From Chara braunii (taxonomy: Eukaryota; Plantae; Charophyceae): a stretch of DNA of 61,767 nt. The notes beneath the pieces were generated by a model that was not told the origin of the DNA, ran no database searches, and saw only the letters and a list, made by a program, of their open reading frames with translations. Below are positions 1 through 13,624 of this stretch, one piece after another (the first letter of the stretch is position 1; each line of letters opens with the position of its first letter). Made by a program: the position numbers and the translations under genes. The stretch lies in assembly GCA_003427395.1 (NCBI GenBank), contig BFEA01000032.1, positions 1,591,019-1,652,785 of the forward strand, read 5' to 3'.

Positions 1-560
1 CACTAGTAAAAGCTGGGCCACTTGAACTGGTCCACTAGTAAATCCAGGCCGTTGGGGTTNTATGTGGGTCCCGCTGCACTGGCGCTGGGCCTGGGACCTT
101 AAACCTGTTTTGTACCTCTAGTCTACGAAGGCCTACGGGTGGGGACTGGGCCAAAGTCCACTCTGGGCTGGATCAGGGGACCATATAGGGAAGAGGAACA
201 GAAGACAAGGGGGGAGTTGTACAAGGTGTACAGGGTGAGTGGAAGTTGTCCAAGGCGTACACCACACAGCGAGAGACAGGTTCTGTACCGCGGGGGAAAG
301 AATGTGCCCGGTGTACACCAGGAGACAAGTTTTGTACCGGAGAGGAGAGGTGTGCCTGGAGAGCACCGCGGCAAAGCACTGATCAGAGGGGAAAAGCACC
401 TCAATCATGCATGAAGAGGCGCGCTGAAGAGGGATATTTACCACCTACCTAATCAACGCACGGGGTGACTAATTAATCTTCCAATCATGCGCGGAAGAGG
501 GAAGATATCCAGGACACATGGTTAATGAAATGCACGGAGCGGCCGTGGGACGCANAAGTG

Positions 561-1620
561 GGAGTACTTTTCCCGTTGACCTACATACGACGCTGTGGTA
601 AAACTGGATTATGCAAGGAATCGGCGCGGTGATTGTTTTATGGTCAAAATGATTTTTCCAATTTTTTGTGTTATTTTTCCTGAAGCGATCACCAGCAATC
701 CTATAGGACCCCAAAATTGCAGACTCTGAAACTCATTCTTTGGAGAAGGAAAAATCGCGGCAGTTGGAGTACTTTTCCCGTTGACCTACATACGACGCTG
801 TGGTAAAACTGGATTATGCAAGGAATCGGCGCGGTGATTGTTTTATGGTCAAAACGATTTTTCCAACTTTTTGTGTTATTTTTCCTGAAGCGATCACCAG
901 CAATCCTATAGGACCCTAAAATTGCAGACTCTGAAACTCATTCTTTGGAGAAGGAAAAATCGCGGCAGTTGGAGTACTTTTCCGGTTGACCTACATACGA
1001 CGCTGTGGTAAAACTGAATTATGCAAGGAATCGGCGCGGTGATTGTTTTATGGTCAAAACGATTTTTTTAATTTTTTGTGTTATTTTTCCTGGAGCGATC
1101 ACCAGCAATCCTATAGGACCCTTAAATTGCAGCTCTGAAACTCATTCTTTGGAGAGACAAAAATCGCGGCAGTTGGAGTACTTTTCCCGTGGACCTACAT
1201 ACGACGCTGTGGTAAAACTGGATTATGCAAGGAATCGGCGCGGTGATTGTTTTATGGTAAAAACGATTTTTCCAATTTTTTGTGTTATTTTTCCTGAAGC
1301 GATCACCATCAATCCTATAGGACCCTTAAATTGCAGACTCTGAAACTCATTCTTTGGAGAAGGAAAAATCGCGACAGTTGGAGTACTTTTCCCATTGACC
1401 TACATACGACGCTGTGGTAAAACTGGATTATGCAAGGAATCGGCGCGGTGATTGTTTTATGGTCAAAACGATTTTTCCAATTTTTTGTGTTATTTTTCCT
1501 GGAAAGATCACGAGCAAACCTACAGGACTGTAAAGTTGCAGACTCTGAGACGCGTTCTTTGGAGCGGGAAAAATCGCGGCAGTTGGAGTACTTTTCCCGT
1601 CATCCCACAAACGACGCTGG
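561..1620. repeat. Tandem array of a 205-bp unit, about 5 copies
   Basis: GGAGTACTTTTCC recurs at 561, 766, 971, 1175, 1380 and 1585 (period 204-205 bp). Units are near-identical and the last one is diverged. Confidence 0.95.
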
Positions 1621-1899
1621 GTGAGTGTGACACTGTGTGATTGCTGTAATCAGGAGCCTCCCAAGCGTGCACACGTTCATCTTCCTCTACAGAGATATAC
1701 ATATCATCGTGTTGTTTTCGTCAGAATTCTTTGTGTGACTTTGTCAGTTTGCAGCGCAGATTTCAACGGATGAAACTCTACTAGTGCATTGTCATTGGGC
1801 AATCATAGCGATCGGTTGAGAGAGTGAACGACAAAGCGCAGGGGGGAAGAGACACACACACACAGACACACAGAGAGACACACACACACCGACACAGAG

Positions 1900-2534
1900 N
1901 NNNNNNNNNNNNNNNNNNNNNNNNNNNNNNNNNNNNNNNNNNNNNNNNNNNNNNNNNNNNNNNNNNNNNNNNNNNNNNNNNNNNNNNNNNNNNNNNNNNN
2001 NNNNNNNNNNNNNNNNNNNNNNNNNNNNNNNNNNNNNNNNNNNNNNNNNNNNNNNNNNNNNNNNNNNNNNNNNNNNNNNNNNNNNNNNNNNNNNNNNNNN
2101 NNNNNNNNNNNNNNNNNNNNNNNNNNNNNNNNNNNNNNNNNNNNNNNNNNNNNNNNNNNNNNNNNNNNNNNNNNNNNNNNNNNNNNNNNNNNNNNNNNNN
2201 NNNNNNNNNNNNNNNNNNNNNNNNNNNNNNNNNNNNNNNNNNNNNNNNNNNNNNNNNNNNNNNNNNNNNNNNNNNNNNNNNNNNNNNNNNNNNNNNNNNN
2301 NNNNNNNNNNNNNNNNNNNNNNNNNNNNNNNNNNNNNNNNNNNNNNNNNNNNNNNNNNNNNNNNNNNNNNNNNNNNNNNNNNNNNNNNNNNNNNNNNNNN
2401 NNNNNNNNNNNNNNNNNNNNNNNNNNNNNNNNNNNNNNNNNNNNNNNNNNNNNNNNNNNNNNNNNNNNNNNNNNNNNNNNNNNNNNNNNNNNNNNNNNNN
2501 NNNNNNNNNNNNNNNNNNNNNNNNNNNNNNNNNN
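1900..2534. other. Assembly gap (N run) preceded by a CA/GA microsatellite
   Basis: Continuous N run. ORF 1824-3032 spans it and is an artefact. Confidence 0.99.
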
Positions 2535-5454
2535 GACAGATTGAGAGAGGATTCTAGTTTTGACTTTGCTATTCTTTTATTTATTTACTATTGCTGTTTA
2601 TTTCCTAAAACCAATTTCTGTAAACTTGTGGATANCATCCCTACTGGTCGCCGAGGACCTCGGAAGCGGGCGCGGCGAAGTGACAGGCGTCGTAGCCCAT
2701 GGCTTCAGCGAACGGTAGGTAGCCCCTCCTCGGGTACCCTCACACCGTGCTATCATCGCTTAGTAACTTACATTCACCATGCTGCCAAAGACGCGTGGCT
2801 CAGGTGCTGGTCGAGGGAGAGGTGGTCGTCAGGGAAAAGCGGTCAATCGACTAATCGACCTGACTTGCGAGAAGGAGAGGTCAAAGAAGGAAGAGAAGGA
2901 GGAAAAATGGGAATGAGTAAGGTTGCGCCACTGCCCAGAGGATCGGTGCGAGCGTACGCCATCTCCAGGGAAGATGATGTACTATACGTACAAGTACGAG
3001 CAGCGCTACGACGCTCCGCCTCCGCGCTTTGAGCCCCCCCCTCGATCATATCCTTCGCCATATCCTCCTTCTTCCTCCGCTCATCCACATCCTCGCCAAC
3101 TCACCGTCCTGCCTCAGCCGCCTCGCCCTGCGCCTCAACCACTACCACGTATGCCGAATCCGCCCGTCGTCCATCAAGCTGCGCCATCTGACCATCGCTC
3201 GTGTATCGTGTTTGCGTTGTTTTTCATCTGCCAGCTTGAGCTGTGTGGCCTCATATGCTATCTGATATATAGAGGCATCATATGAAACCTAGGTGCTCGC
3301 CCGTCTAGGGCTCGAGTGCTCACTCAATAAGGCATGGACCTCTGGTCCAAGCCACCATCAAAATCAAAGAAGGATTAGTCTTATCAAACTTGTGTGGTGC
3401 ATTCAGGGCACGCAAATATCATGACCGCTCATGCAGCCCAATCACACTACTAATCTCATTTCCTTGTACCATTAAATCAGTCTCAATCTTATGTCAATCC
3501 CCTCATTAGGTCTGGCCTCACGCATCATCATAATCGGGCTCAGTCTTAGACCAAACCCTATCGTTAGATCTAGCCTAGCAGTCCAAGTCTCAGTCCTGGC
3601 CTGCTCATCTCAACCTCATCGAATCAGTCCATCTCATCAGCATAACATAATCCTCATCACTATCTCAGTTACAGTCCAGCCACGGGTGGATATGGGACTA
3701 ATCATCGAACTCAGGATCATCTGGGTCATCTTGACCAAAGGCCGCCTCATAAGGGGGAAACATTCCAAACCCCTTTCTCTCTGTCTGCTGGCTCTGTGCC
3801 ACTTACTGTCGGGTCATACCAAACCCCGTTGTCTTCGTCTGGTTGTAGGGTACCTGCAAAACAGAGATCAAGTCATGCCAAAAAGAAATACGAGAAAAGG
3901 GTCTCCCCTAAAGACCCTTGCCAACACCCCTTTCTCACTCACTCCCGGAGTCTTACCTTTCGACCTTCCAAGAGTGCCCCCGCTCGCCCTGGTGGGCTCC
4001 TCCGCTGACCCAACCCGGCAAGCAGAGCAAAGTCAATCCTGATTCCCAGTCATGGCGGTCCGACCACCCTCTGATCCCTTGCTCAGAACAGCTCACGGGG
4101 AGCCGCACACCCCTTCATGTAGCCCTCACTCCGATGAGTGCAGACCCATGGATCAGAAGCTCATTAGTCGACATCAGAGCTTCTTTCTACTCACTTGACT
4201 TCTTGACTAACGTCCGACTCCTTGCAACTGTGCGGGGAGCCAACCAACAACCGACCAGACTCGGCTGGTGAGTCAAAGCGAGTCCACAATTAAGCTTTGC
4301 AACAGTGGGCTAGGAGGCTATAATAGCCCTGTTGCCAGTTGGGCAGTGGATACCTGGCTTGGCCCGATGCCAAGGGAATGCCCCTGGAGACACGGCTCCC
4401 TAGAGACACCCCGATCAAAGTAATAGTAGGAGTCTACCACCTTGATCAGCCAAATGTCGGATTTAGACTGGGAGAGGCTCAGGATGCCTTCTTCCTTTCC
4501 AGCAGGCGGACTAGGTCGCCACGCGGCGACCCGAGAACGGTTAACCATCCAAGGGTTCGAGGCTATCAGCCACTATGGCTCGGACGCCCCGCCAACCCAG
4601 CTAGCCTCTGAACCTGTGAGAACCTGCTTAAGGGAATCATCTCTTGCTCAAGAGGCACAGTCGAAACTCTCTACCTCTTCATGAAGGACATAAGCGCTGA
4701 CACCACAGGGGACGCCACTGTGGTTAGACTCTCGCCGGTGAACCGTTGCGACGGTGAACCGTTGCGAGAACCCGGCGGCTACAATGGGAACACTCTTTCC
4801 ATCACGAAGAATGCAGCAAACCCCAAACCGCTGCGATGCTGAGTGATCTTCGCCCCGACCACAAGATCGGACAGATCACTCCATCGACTATGACATATGA
4901 CTGACTACCTATCCCTTTAGAGTTCGGCAACGCCTAACCGCGAAGGCCCATCTGAAGAGGAACCCCATCCCGACGATGCTGAGTCCCTTGCCGCTGGAAC
5001 ACTTCACTAGGTTAAGTATCACCCTCTCTCAGGGATAATCAATCAACTTGTGTAAGATGATACTGGGCAATTCTCCTTACGCTATCGTACTAAAAGGTTG
5101 CCCCATCAATTGAGCGCTTACTTATGAGAGGAAGAAAACATATTTTCACATTATCCTACAGCCATTCATTCCACAATGTCATGCAGATGAATAAAATACA
5201 ATAAGAGGCAAGAACTGAAATCCCAAGAACTCTCTCCCAATCCCCCAGGCATATCCTATGACTGATACGTGACAAGCCAGATACAATGTAATGAACTGAA
5301 ATTTAAAATCTTAACTTACATTCATACAAAACTGGGGTCAATCTGGGCCTGGCAGACACATGAGTCCACCATTGAGCCAAGTCATCATAGGCTGCTCGTA
5401 TCCAGCTCTGGCATCCGAAATCATATCATAATCATAGTAAGCCGACTTTCAGCT

Positions 5455-5985
5455 GCCGCTAGCGGCATACGGGCCACGTCCCAGCGTATAATCATCATCC
5501 ATAGCTTGCGGCACACTGGCCACGTCCCAGCACATAATCATCATCAGTTGTTGGCGGCACACTGTCCACGTCCCAGCATATAATCATCATCTGTAGCTAA
5601 CGGCAACACTGTCCACGTCCCAGCATATAATCATCATCTGTAGTTGGCGACAACACTGTCCACGTCCCAGCATATAATAATCATTTGTAGCTGGCGGCAA
5701 CACTGTCCACGTCCCTGCATATAATCATCATCTGTAGTTGGCGACAACACTGTCCACGTGCCAGCATATAATCATCATCTGTAGCTGGCGGCAACACTGT
5801 CCACGTCCCAGCATATAATCATCATCTGTAGTTGGTGGCACACTGGCCACATCCCAACATATCATCATAATCTGAAGTTGGCGGCACACTGGCTACATCC
5901 CAGCACATAATGATTCCGCGGTTGGCGGCACTCTGACCACGTCCCAATCAATGCTGAGGGCAAACTGACCACGACCCAACATGTC
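5455..5985. repeat. 47-bp minisatellite, about 11 copies, 3' of pol in the Gypsy element
   Basis: CACTGTCCACGTCCCAGCATATAATCATCATCTGTAG recurs at 5560, 5607, 5654, 5701 and onward, degenerating at both ends. Confidence 0.92.
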
Positions 5986-6013
5986 CAGGTTGATGCTAGA
6001 CGGCTCTCGGGCC

Positions 6014-7300
6014 TCACCTCATCATTTTGTCCGAACTCGAAATCAAATCTGCATCTTTGAGTATAAATTTTTGGAGCCGGGAGCCGGATACTATACCATG
6101 GGATTTCGTTTCATCCATCTCTGCGATCTCATAGGCCTTACCTTCAACCTCTCTGATGATCCTGAAAGGTCTCATCCACCTGGCTTCCAATCTCTTGGTT
6201 CACTGTGTCTCAAGAGATGTATCATGCAAAAGTACAATATCCCCGACTTGAAGTCGTTCCTTCCTAATGTACCTCTTGCTGTTCCATCGTGTCAGATCAG
6301 ATAATCTACTGTCCGACATCCTTTCTGTGGCCTCGATTAAGGCTTCATCCACTTCCTTGATTTGCCTGATCCTCAACCTCAGTAACTCCTCAGTGGAATA
6401 TGACTCTCTCTGTGCCTCATAGGTCCAGGTCTCAACCAGGTTCTCAATGGGAAAAGTAGCATACTGGACGTACCAGAGTGTAACAGGCGCATAATCCGTA
6501 GTTCGTTTGACAGTCACATTGTCAGCATAGACAGCCGCTCTCAAGAAGGATGACCAGTTTTTGGAATCATCTTGGCACCATTTTGTTATAGCATGTTTTA
6601 GTGTACTGTGACCTCTTTCCACTGGTGCATTGGCCTGAGGATGATATGGTGTGACAAATTTAACCTTGACTTCGAGTCTGAACATCTGTTTTTTGACCAT
6701 CTCGTTCTTGAATTTTGATCCCTTATCAACCACAAACTTACGTATGAAGGGGTACCTCAGATAGATTTCCTCAATCCAATCTGCCACTGCTTTTGCGGTT
6801 TTCTTACGGATGGTTTTTGCTTCAACATAAACAGACATATTGTCTCTTATATTTAGTATATATTTCATTTCATCCTTACCAAGTGGCATAGTAATTAGAT
6901 CAAGGTGAACAGTATTACCAGACTCAACAAGAACAGTGGGGTATAAGGGTTCAATCAATCTCAAAGATGACCTTTTCTGACAAGCTTCACATGACTTACA
7001 ATATCTCATAACCATATCCCTCAGGCCATCCCAGTAATATAGTCAGAATACTTTATAGTATGTAGCATCAGCACCGCTATGACCCCCTGCTAGACCCTCA
7101 TGCAGCGCGACGATCACCTCTAGTTGCCTTTCCTTACCACACACCACGCTTAGCAGTGGTAGTCTTTCCTTAGCATCTACAAAAAGGTGACCCCTACATA
7201 GTCTAAAGGTCCTTTTTGTCCTCTCATGGTAGAACTCGTTCAAACGATTGTTGCTCATCACCGTACCGACCCTCTTATACTCTCCATCATATTCTTCCTT
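6014..7300 (-). pseudogene. Gypsy integrase (broken)
   Basis: HHCC zinc finger (LHEGLAGGH...CKSCEAC) and DDE-type core (VHLDLI, VVDKG, PVERGH). Reading through the stop at 6200 gives a GPF/Y-like ARWMRPF, ending at the TGA at 6014. Confidence 0.9.
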
Positions 7301-7333
7301 TCTAAACCTTTCCTCATTATCCTTACTCTGTTT

Positions 7334-9490
7334 TTAATCTTCTGACCCATCCTCCATTTCATTCCATCGACGCTCAACCATTCTTGAACTCTCATTCAGC
7401 TCATGAGTTGCAACAGCGGCCTGTTCTACCATCCCATACCACCCTTCTTCCTCATCCACTTGGATCAAAAGGTAGTGGAGGTAGGGATCTTTCATTTCTC
7501 CCCAGCAGTCTTCTCTACTGGTTGCCATGACTGAGGCCGTATAACAATTGAGAGCAGAAGGTAGTCCTTCATCATCGTCTTCCATAAGGAATTCGTCTAC
7601 AAAGGGTGCCTCCTCAAGAGATTCATCATCTATCGACCCCCACTCCACGTGGCTTAACCCATCGGCTCGATTTTTATCAGCACGTACCTTTTCTAATACA
7701 AAATTATACGTCCATATATGAGTTATCCACCTACTAACTGTAGCATCTACTTGCTGATGCCTCTTAACAACCCCGATTACTACCGTGGAATCCGTTCTTA
7801 GGATGAACCTCCGTCCCATACTACAGTGTCTGAACACCCTGAGACAGTGTAGGATTGTTTGAAGCTCCTGCCTAAACTGAATATAGTCTCTCTCAACCGA
7901 ATCAAGGGTGCGACTCTCAAACCTAAGTAGCCTCTCTTTTCCATTTTCATCTTTTTGTACAAGCACTCCCCCTAAAGCTATGGGGACACCGTCAGCCTCG
8001 ATGATGAAAGGTCTTCCCTTTTCATCATCAAAGTGGGGTACCCCTAGTACGACTGCACCGTCTCTTAGCTTATCTTGAAGTGTTCGTGCTGCCGTCTTTC
8101 TTTGATCAAACCACTCAAGTTTAGCTCCTTGTCGCACCATCTCTTTAAGGGGTTCCGCTATCCTGGCAAATCCAAGAATGAAGATCCGCCAGAGGCTCCA
8201 GACCCCTAGGAAGCTCCTTACTTCCCCAACCGTCTTTAGAGGCATAGGCCAGTTCAAGATTTTATCCACTTTCTTCAGATCAGGGTTTTTCCTTTCTAGA
8301 AAACACCTAAAACCTAGAATCGTTACCTCCTTTTTGAATAACAACGATTTCGGTCTCCTGGCTCCTAGGTTGTACTTAACCAACCTCTTCAATACTTTTG
8401 CCACTCCGTGCACATGTTCCCACACAAACCGCCTGACCTGACCATCCACTAAGGTCTCATCCTTTTCTTTTGGTCCTTTAACCGGATTGTCATCAATGTA
8501 TGGGAACGTAACCTCTGGGCATATGTCCTGCATGACCTTCAGCATATCTCGTTGGACAACCGCGACCCCATTCGTCCACCCTTGAGGCACCACACACATT
8601 TGTATGAGGCCTCTAGATGTGTGCATGGGGTTCATAGGTCGACTAGTAGGATCTATGGAAAACTGGTCATAGCCAGAGTATAAGTCCATTAGGGAGTAAA
8701 TGCTCCTTCCGGCGAAAGACTCGGCCAATAGGTCCGCGTTCGGTAAGCTACCCGCATCGCGAACTGTTACCGAATTCAACTTTTGCAAGTTTTGTATCCA
8801 GCGATGACCTCCTCCTGACTTCCAAAAACAAAATCAGTGGTTGGCATAAGCACAATCCGCAAGTTCTGCAACGTTGGAAGCGATCATCTGGTTTATGCAC
8901 TTCATTACCGTTTTTTCTTCATTTTGAGCATATTTCGTGGGTCTATCATTCCAAGGCGTGTGAGAAATTCACATGTGAAATCCTTCTCAGCCGGCAGAAG
9001 GAAGTCATCGGCTCCTACCTTCATTATCTTAAACCTCTCTGGGGTAATTCTTCCCCCTTTTAATACAGTCTCTCGTAATCCTTTAATTATCTTTCTTTCC
9101 TTCTCTAATGCTTCATTATAGTCCTTTTCTATCAGGACTGCCACCGGATTCTTTTTAACGCCCTTGCGCTTATACTTCCTCTTGGATCCGGTGACTATTT
9201 TCCTAAAAAAAACTAGTTGCAGAGAAGGTGAGCTGCATCGTACCAACTTTTGCCGCCCTCACAACATCCTTGAATCCTTTCATCTCTCTCTTGTCGCCCA
9301 ACTCTTTTTCTTTATCCAAGAGTTTGAGCATCTTACCGATATTATTTACTCTAATCGTTGTCTTCTCGTCTATTATTCCACTTTCTTTTAGCTTTGTTCG
9401 TACTTCCTCAATCAACTTGGCAGATTCTTCATGCTTAAGAGAATTAACATGTCGCTGATGACGAGGATGATGCCTATCACTTATCACAAA
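7334..9490 (-). pseudogene. Gypsy reverse transcriptase plus RNase H (N-terminus fragmented)
   Basis: ORF 7334-8788 contains SLMDLYSGYDQ, VPQGWTN, YIDD, VRSFLG, FIIEADG, RFESRTL and FILRTDS. Upstream pieces 8905-9246 and 9203-9487 are frameshifted. Confidence 0.93.
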
Positions 9491-9529
9491 AGTCTGTTCT
9501 TGACCAGTGATAGGATCCTGGATGGAGAG

Positions 9530-10245
9530 TCAAGCCGCCCCATCATGGCCAAAGAACGCACAAGTCTCCATTCTGTGTAGGAAAGGAGCTCCTAGAATGC
9601 AATCATGGTCCAAATCAGGAACCACAAACCCTAGGATCTCGGTCCGCAAAGTCCCAATTTGCATAGGTATGTCATCAATGAATCCTTCCAAAGGCAAAAA
9701 TCTGGCTATATTGGAAAGCTGGTGATTGGCTTTCCTATCTATTCCAAGCCCACATGATCCCATCGTGGCCGAGGACATAAGCACAATTTCGGCCCCGGAG
9801 TCCACTAGGGCTCTAACTTTCACGTCATTTACGGAGATATTCAAGTATCCACACGACATGTTATCAAACCTCATCTTGGTACCACGCGGGGCTCTTTCCA
9901 CATTCTGAGGGAAGAGTCTTAGGCTATTGATTTCTACCTTCCGCCTTTCAACCATTTTTTTTAGCTCTTCTCTAAATTTTAGCACCAAGGCTACCGCCTC
10001 CTTCCAGGATAGGGTGATCTCGGTTTCTTCAAGTAGTTTCTTTACTACTTCATCTATCGAGACACCCTCCTCGGCCTCGGATCTCAAGACCACTTTCCTT
10101 TTTTTCCCGATAGCTTCCTTTCCTTTTCCTTCCTTCACGAGGTCCTTGGTCCTATCAATCAGTTGGTCTAGCTCTCTTTGAGCTTTCTTCCGCTTTTTCT
10201 CTTCAACCTCCCTCTGACGGGTATTGGATACATTCAGGTTTTGGC
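9530..10245 (-). pseudogene. Retroviral-type aspartic protease region of gag-pol
   Basis: ALVDSGAE catalytic motif and the downstream CILGAPFL motif. Confidence 0.9.
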
Positions 10246-10983
10246 CAGAGATGAGCACTGGGTACCCAGACTTGCACCCACCTGCACCCACCCCACCCAC
10301 AAGGACATTGGGTCAGGTGCAGGTCTTCATAAGGTGACCTGTGTGGGATGAGGGCGGGTCAAGGCCAGGTAGCCTGGATGGGTGACAGGTGGGTCAACAT
10401 TAGGCCTGGGTCACCCGAGTGGGTGGGTGACAGGTGGGTGAGTGCTAGGCCTGGGTCACCCGACCCACAAACCCAGGACAACCCATGAGGACCCCCAACC
10501 CCCCCCAATCCCTGCACGAAATGTCCACCCGTCTAAAAAAGTCGAAGGTGCACGCAAGAAGCGTCAAGTCCCGCTGTCGGCCTGCCTGGAAAAAAAAAAA
10601 AAAAGTCGAGGTCCTCCTGAAAAAAAAAAAACAGGAACCTTCATTCAAATTTTTCACATGCTGCTCTTCCCTCTTGGCGGCTGCACCACAGCCCACGTTT
10701 GGATGAGTTACCGCTTTCAAACGGGATGTCGAGTTTCGCTTTCATTAAAACAACACGGGGCGAACCAAACCACAGCAGGTGCAAGGTTCGCTCCCTACTT
10801 TCGAAGTTATGGAGCGCTTTGGATTTTGGCGCCGTCATCCTGCGACGGCACAACTTGTGCATGGCGGGGCGGCGAGGAGGGGGGCAACGCATCGACGACT
10901 TGGGGAGCAACAGCACGGTTGCGAGCCACGCACCGACGACGAGGGGAGACACTCACTGACGGCCTGAGGAGCAACGGTGATGC

Positions 10984-11037
<54 letters not shown>

Positions 11038-11145
11038 NNNNNNNNNNNNNNTGGGGAGCAACAGCACGGTTGCGAGCCACGCACCGACGACGAGGGGAGA
11101 CACTCAGAGAGGGGGGGGGGGGCAAGGCCGTGACATAGGCGATTC

Positions 11146-11193
<48 letters not shown>

Positions 11194-11218
11194 CCAATGC
11201 GAGAGAGGGAGAGACCAA

Positions 11219-11251
<33 letters not shown>

Positions 11252-11255
11252 TCTA

Positions 11256-11309
<54 letters not shown>

Positions 11310-11654
11310 CTCTGAGCGTGTTTGATTTTGTCATGTCACGTTGTAATATCCTATTGTCTGTAAATGTTCGAAGGGATAGACAATAGCGGGCACTGTCGGC
11401 TGCGGGTGAAAAGATACTACATCCCGGGTGCGAGCGGACAATGATTTTGTTGTGGGTGCGGGTGGGTCTGGGTGAACCTTTTTTACGGGTGGCGGGTGGG
11501 TTGGGCGTGGGCGAAAAAATTCAAAAAAATGCTTGGGTGGGTTGGATGAGCTTCAATCCTTTTTTTGTTTTTTGTTTCTTATGGTGGCATGTACTAAGAA
11601 AATTTTGGGTGGGTTGGGTGAAGTGGCATTTAAAAGAAAAAATGTTCATCTCTG
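10246..11654. mobile_element. Non-autonomous hAT (Ac-like) DNA transposon inserted in gag-pol
   Basis: TIRs CAGAGATGAGCA (10246) and TGTTCATCTCTG (ends 11654) match at 11/12 and resemble the Ac TIR CAGGGATGAAA. Perfect 8-bp TSD GTTTTGGC at 10238-10245 and 11655-11662. GGGTG/CACCC subterminal repeats; no transposase. Confidence 0.93.
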
Positions 11655-12978
11655 GTTTTGGCTTTCAGGATTGTCGTATTAGGTCACTATCTCCGGGGGT
11701 AGCATACCATCAAAGGTGATAACATTAACCCTAGCCTTCTTCTTTTTATCCTTATTGCCCTTAGCCTTCTCTAGGATTATTGCTCGCTCCCCCTCTTTGA
11801 CTCGGAGATCTACCTTGTTCCAATTGGCATCACACATGTGCCCATTGGCGTTTTTCTTGACAATCTCTTCTTCAAGTTTTTTCTCTAACGTCGGACACCG
11901 GGTTAGAGTATGGTCTTCCTCGTCACAATAATAACATCGGAGGGGATCATCTCTCCTTTGTCAATCTCGGTTCTTATTATCTTTCTTCCAATCTCGGTCG
12001 CGCTTGTTCTTTTGTCTCTCCTTTCTCCGTCGCCTAGCGTCTTCATCATCACTTCTTTCGCTCTCACTCTCACTCTCTTCCTTTTGCTTCTCCTTCTTCT
12101 TTTTCTCTTTTTCTTTTTCGAGCCCTAGTTGGGCTTGAGTTGCTTGGGCAGGAAGGGTTAACTTCTCGAAGCTACCAAGCTTAACGAGAAGACCAAGGAT
12201 CTCCTCGGCCTTCAAGTTTCCTCTCGTTGCTGCCTTAACATTTCCTTCTCTTGCACTAGTGATTGCTTTCATCTGTTCCAAAGACCATTTTCGGTTGGAC
12301 ACGGAAGGCAGCTCACGGACCATCTCAACCACTTCATCTCATTTTAGTGGATAATGGGCAGCGCGACTTACAACACCCTTCCTTTCATCCTCCGCGAAGT
12401 TAGTCAGTAGGACATGATATTTTTTAGCCTCGTCTAGGAAAGGTACTCTTCGCGCAACCCTCTTAAAATCCTCTAGGAATTGATCGTAGGTAGCGTACTT
12501 GGAGAGTCGTACATCCAACAAATTGTGCATGGTTGTTGGGACGTCATACTTGGCGTATTCGTCCAGTATCTTTTGTCTCACGTCCGTCCATGTTGTCATC
12601 CCTTGTGTCGTTTTTGTTACCGACACCCTCATTTTAGGCTCAACGACACCCTCATTTTAGGCTCAACGACACCCTCATTTTAGGCTCAACATACGTTAGC
12701 AGAGCTTTCAACTTCTGTTTATCCGACCAACCATGGCTCATACCGAAGACATCATAGTTTTCAAGGAACTCCCTAACCTTGGTTCCATCAAAGCAAGGTA
12801 TGTTCTCTGGAGGTACCTTAGCTCTTCGAAGGTATAAACGGACATTCATAGTGTCCATCCCGGTCTTCATGGCCTCTATTCGGTTCAACATCTCTCGAAG
12901 AACCGTGGTAGTGGTCACTTCTCTGTCCCCGGCGGAGGAACTAGCACAGCTCTGCCGTGCATTCGACCCTTTGGCCAT
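11655..12978 (-). pseudogene. Gypsy gag (broken)
   Basis: N-terminal IPCFDGTKVREFLENYD...W motif, a basic low-complexity linker, and zinc knuckle CYYCDEEDHTLTRC (CX2CX4HX4C) at 11895-11936. Confidence 0.88.
12621..12690. repeat. Triplicated 23-bp segment that frameshifts gag
   Basis: CGACACCCTCATTTTAGGCTCAA occurs at 12621, 12644 and 12667. Confidence 0.95.
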
Positions 12979-12990
12979 CCTGTCTAGCTC

Positions 12991-13417
12991 CTATTTCTTC
13001 CTAAACCTTTTCTCTCTTAGGATTGCATTTAAAATTGGTTTCCAGTTTCTGTCGTCAGTAAAGTTTTCTAGCAGATGGGGCTCGGGAATCCTATCAAACA
13101 CAATCGGAGTTAAGTCACAAACTACTATCATCCCTTTCCTCTCTAATTTTTTTTTTTTTTTTTTCAATTATATTACTAATCCAGCTTCGAAGAGACTCAC
13201 GATCTGTCTCTTTCTCCCTCACCGAAGGGACATAGGGTCAAATATCATACTCATAGGTGTCGAGGAACTTCACTACAAGGATGTATGCCTTTCTGGGGGC
13301 ATGTCTCTCCTCCAGGGATACACAGCGCTTTATCTTGTAGGGAAAAGTTCCTCCACTGGTAAAAGGAACTAGGGAGTCCAGTGTTGTCGTGATTGTCGGG
13401 CAGTCTAACCCTGTCAT
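12991..13417 (-). pseudogene. Accessory ORF paralog C (unknown ~130-aa domain), one stop plus a poly-A frameshift
   Basis: Manual translation gives GGTFPYKIKRCV...YILVVKFLDTYEYDI*PYV...FDRIPEP...FTDDRNWKPILNAILRE, which aligns to ORF 13874-14269. Confidence 0.8.
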
Positions 13418-13624
13418 GTGCCTATGACGTCATGCCTCACTATCTCGAAGGGGTTATCAGCTGCAGTCACTCTATTTAACTATCCTCTACTAATGATCAC
13501 AGTTGCGATTGACATAGAGTTTTCACATTCCAGTATCATTGTTTTGGGCTGCCTCTAGTGCCTCCGGCCAGACTGTCCACAGGACGCTGTCTAGTTAAGA
13601 TGGTCTCGTCTCTCGCATGTAGCA

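Noticed and set aside
1-45. CACTAGTA motifs as a CACTA terminus
   Set aside because: At the window edge with no matching TIR or TSD visible.
1824-3285. 402-aa ORF and adjacent Pro-rich ORF
   Set aside because: The first is mostly N gap; the second is low-complexity with no recognisable motifs.
10901-11105. Direct duplication inside the hAT element
   Set aside because: The two copies flank an N gap beside (GA)n, so this is probably an assembly overlap.
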